A DNA stretch of 27,703 nt from positions 1 through 27,703 of IMG/VR virus record IMGVR_UViG_3300022752_000311. The stretch is one strand, 5' to 3'. Positions 25,255 through 27,703 of the stretch are shown here, in pieces. The stretch comes from a virus (lineage: Duplodnaviria > Caudoviricetes). Numbering within the stretch: the stretch's first letter is position 1; each line of letters opens with the position of its first letter. Under the pieces are notes generated by a model, which made no database searches, was not told the DNA's origin, and saw only the letters and a program-made list of their open reading frames with translations. The position numbers and the translations under genes were made by a program.

Positions 25255-26604
25255 TCAAGCAGCCGTACCAGTCGAACGATAACGAACGCCAGCGTTAGGA
25301 TCGCGCACCGAAGTAGCTGCGCGAGTCTCGCCGTAGAACGTAATCGAACCTGGGAGGGTCTGATCGTAGCGACGGAGAACCATCGACAGACGCATCACCA
25401 TTGTGTGGAACTGCTGCCAATCCGCAAAGTACATCGGATAGTAGGAGGTCGTTCCTGCTGCTCCGGCGGTGGGTTGGCTGGGATTGTCAACATACTTATT
25501 AACAACGACCTTAAACCCAAGCAACTCACCTACGATGCCATCAGTTCTGGAAAGACCGTCGATGTAGATCGGACGCAGCTGCGAATCGACCAAACCACGG
25601 ATTCCTTGAAGGAGAACTGGGTTAATCATAAATGCTGCTGTCGGTGTCCAATACTGCTGTGGCAGGCTATAAATAAAGTTCACAACGTCTTTGTAAACAA
25701 TATTGTTAGCCGCGACCGTGTTGGCGTTCGTGGTCAACTGATCGTAAGTAGCAAGGTTATGCAAACCGTTACTGGTTGCAGTTCCCGAGGTTCCGAACGA
25801 AGCCGTCGAGCATGAGCCGCCGGTGTAGGAAGCATTTGCGCCAGCGTACTGATCCAAACCGCGCAAACCGTCAGCGCCGCCCGTCGTTACCGAGGTTCCA
25901 GTTCCCGACTGATCGTTGTTTTGAATTGCCGAGGTTGCGATTGACTGCTGGAACTCCATCAACATATCGTCTACAACATTGGGCTCCAAGCCGTCAATGT
26001 CATCAAGCGCCGCCGTCCTGATTGGGAACTGAGCATTCAAGTCCTTAAGAATGACTTGCCAGATGCTCGTGGCTTCAGTCGTGGATGCGCCGTTGTTTTG
26101 AACGGTGTAGCCCCACTGTGCGCCTGCATTACCTGTCTTGACGCGGAACTGATAAGCCGAACCATCAGTTGCGACGATTCGCGACAAACCTAACAACGGG
26201 TTTCCAAGACGCTTTGCAGCGAATACGGGATCGTAAGCGGTGCGGCCACCAACATCATAACCTGAGCCTGTAAGAGCTGAGGCTTCGTTGATGTAGGCTT
26301 CACACTGATCGACAGATTCAAAAATCTTGATCTCGCGCTCAATGTTGTTCCCACCCTTTACATATTCCTTAAGCACATCACGGAAGCGACGATTTGCTTC
26401 GCCACGGACAGTCTTGTGAATAGGACGAATGATAGAAGGAGCGGCAACTTTTGCCTCTAAAGCGGCAATCTTTGCTTCGGTTTCGGTTTTAACAGCCTCG
26501 ACAGCCTCGGCAACTTTTGCCTCGACAGCCTGTGCGGTTTCTGCCAGCTTGGCAGCGCTAGATGCTTCGATTGCATCCAGTTTTTCGATTACTTTTTCCA
26601 ACAT
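25255..26604 (-). CDS. Major capsid protein, HK97 fold, with N-terminal coiled-coil scaffold (delta) domain
   Basis: Follows the prohead protease gene; A/E/K-rich N-terminus; AFMINP, ELLGFKVVVN.Y.D, FADWQQF, V.DPNA; TTG start with AGGAG SD. Confidence 0.93.
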   Translation of the reverse strand: MLEKVIEKLDAIEASSAAKLAETAQAVEAKVAEAVEAVKTETEAKIAALEAKVAAPSIIRPIHKTVRGEANRRFRDVLKEYVKGGNNIEREIKIFESVDQCEAYINEASALTGSGYDVGGRTAYDPVFAAKRLGNPLLGLSRIVATDGSAYQFRVKTGNAGAQWGYTVQNNGASTTEATSIWQVILKDLNAQFPIRTAALDDIDGLEPNVVDDMLMEFQQSIATSAIQNNDQSGTGTSVTTGGADGLRGLDQYAGANASYTGGSCSTASFGTSGTATSNGLHNLATYDQLTTNANTVAANNIVYKDVVNFIYSLPQQYWTPTAAFMINPVLLQGIRGLVDSQLRPIYIDGLSRTDGIVGELLGFKVVVNKYVDNPSQPTAGAAGTTSYYPMYFADWQQFHTMVMRLSMVLRRYDQTLPGSITFYGETRAATSVRDPNAGVRYRSTGTAA

Positions 26605-26615
26605 TTTGAAATCTC

Positions 26616-27377
26616 CTAACGGGTTGAAATAGCTTTCAGCAACTCGCGGTATTCGAGCGCTTTCAGCAACTCCGCCGCATCAGACTCACTCTGAGTGGCA
26701 GTTTGTTGATCGCCCACAGCATCACGCTGTTCCAAAATGGCTTTCAACACACCGGACGCGGCGGTCGCATCCCGGCGAGATAGCCCTGCATCACGCAAAG
26801 CCTTCTCAATCGCTCTCGGATTGGGTTTTGATCCCATCCAGTATTCAAGTCTACTGATCTCAGCCTTCGGATTATTCGGCTGCATCACGATGGACACCTC
26901 CGCTAGACCACCTTTGACGATCTGAAAAAACATATCCGGATCGTCTGTAGGTTCACCATTTTCATCAACCATCTGATATTCGTCAGCATAAGCACCAACA
27001 GATACACCGCCGACCATCCGCGGGCTTTCGCGCATGATTGTATATAAATCAGATCCGGCTGTGGTATTTAGGAAAATCTTTCCAGTTCCGGTCATACCTT
27101 CTTCGTTGATATCAAACTTCGACCATTCACCGACAGGCATCATATCGCTTGAATGTTGAAAGTACATCGGCAGCGGTCTGCCTGACTCGTGCCACATTTC
27201 GTGCCAGTTTTGAAAAGCCTCTGGCGTATAAAAGAACCGCCGACCGTCTGCGCCTTCTCTTGCGCCCCAGGTTGTAAGTGTGGCTTCTATTTCGCCCGTG
27301 GGCTCGCCCGTTGCCTCGTCGGCTTTTCTGCCTAACTCAACTTTGGCTTCGTAGAAAAAAGTGACATGTTTAGCCAT
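26616..27377 (-). CDS. Prohead maturation protease (HK97 family)
   Basis: PMYFQH...PVGEW, GVSVG (catalytic Ser), L.EVSIV..P.NP.A.I, C-terminal EKALRDAGLSR..A. Confidence 0.92.
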   Translation of the reverse strand: MAKHVTFFYEAKVELGRKADEATGEPTGEIEATLTTWGAREGADGRRFFYTPEAFQNWHEMWHESGRPLPMYFQHSSDMMPVGEWSKFDINEEGMTGTGKIFLNTTAGSDLYTIMRESPRMVGGVSVGAYADEYQMVDENGEPTDDPDMFFQIVKGGLAEVSIVMQPNNPKAEISRLEYWMGSKPNPRAIEKALRDAGLSRRDATAASGVLKAILEQRDAVGDQQTATQSESDAAELLKALEYRELLKAISTR

Positions 27378-27477
27378 TTATCGGCTCCCTTTCCTTAATC
27401 TTTCCATCTACCAACTTAGGTTTTGGCTTTCTCTTGTCTGCCGCAGCCTTGAGTTTCTCTAATAGTTCTTTAAGCAT
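27370..27477 (-). CDS. Small basic protein, 35 aa (MLKELLEKLKAAADKRKPKPK...)
   Basis: ATG 27477 overlaps the portal end and the stop overlaps the protease start. Confidence 0.5.
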   Translation of the reverse strand: MLKELLEKLKAAADKRKPKPKLVDGKIKEREPING

Positions 27478-27703
27478 TTCCTGCGCGCCCCGTTCTGCCA
27501 ATAATTTTAAGGTTGCCGCCGCCTCCAGTGTCTTGCGGAGAACTACCGGAGATAGGACTAGCATCACCAGAGGCAAGCAACAAATCATCAGCACCATCGA
27601 GATTATTAAGTCCAAGATATTCTCTAGCTTCGTTTTGCGTAAGAATCCCATTCTTAACCCCTGCAACCACATAATTCATTTGGTCTAATGGCGCACCTTT
27701 TAG
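27470..27703 (-). CDS. Portal protein, C-terminal part (truncated by the window edge)
   Basis: GILT.NEAR..LGL..LDG.D.L HK97-family portal C-terminal motif; upstream of the protease gene. Confidence 0.88.
   Translation of the reverse strand, partial: LKGAPLDQMNYVVAGVKNGILTQNEAREYLGLNNLDGADDLLLASGDASPISGSSPQDTGGGGNLKIIGRTGRAGNA

Noticed and set aside
25217-25258. TTG start at 25258, or a frameshift fusion between the two capsid genes
   Set aside because: ATG 25216 has a good SD, capsid 1 ends in tandem TGA TAA stops, and no slippery heptamer is present.
13630-27000. Numerous plus-strand ORFs opposite the structural genes
   Set aside because: Antisense shadows of well-supported minus-strand genes, with no motifs.
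1-27703. Complete DGR, retron, CRISPR array, tRNA, integrase or IS element
   Set aside because: No RT motifs in any ORF, no template repeat copy, no repeat-spacer array, no tRNA cloverleaf with T-loop consensus, and no recombinase or transposase recognised in the window.

Overview
About 27.7 kb of a tailed dsDNA phage genome (siphovirus-type gene order; the SSB and Mtd-like sequences suggest a betaproteobacterial host, which is an inference). The left part (1-5850) holds a replication module (initiator with internal iteron-like repeats, HNH protein, structured leader RNA), a metallophosphoesterase and an ERF/SSB/YqaJ recombination module. The rest is one long minus-strand late operon: portal (partial), prohead protease, two tandem paralogous HK97-type capsid genes, neck and tail genes with a -1 frameshifted tail chaperone, tape measure protein, tail tip with a GNAT gene, tail fibre and chaperone, a GT2-TPR glycosyltransferase, a GPT-collagen fibre ending in a Bordetella BPP-1 Mtd-like domain, and lysis genes. 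The most notable observations are: (1) an Mtd-type DGR target that keeps an IMH-like 3' end, with no template repeat, Avd or reverse transcriptase in the window; (2) a probable fibre O-glycosylation pair resembling C. difficile SgtA/BclA3; (3) the dual capsid genes; (4) a C4-like leader RNA; (5) a ~6.4 kb tail-tip block depleted in GATC, with a visible recombination scar at one end. All family assignments come from motif recognition by eye; no searches were run.
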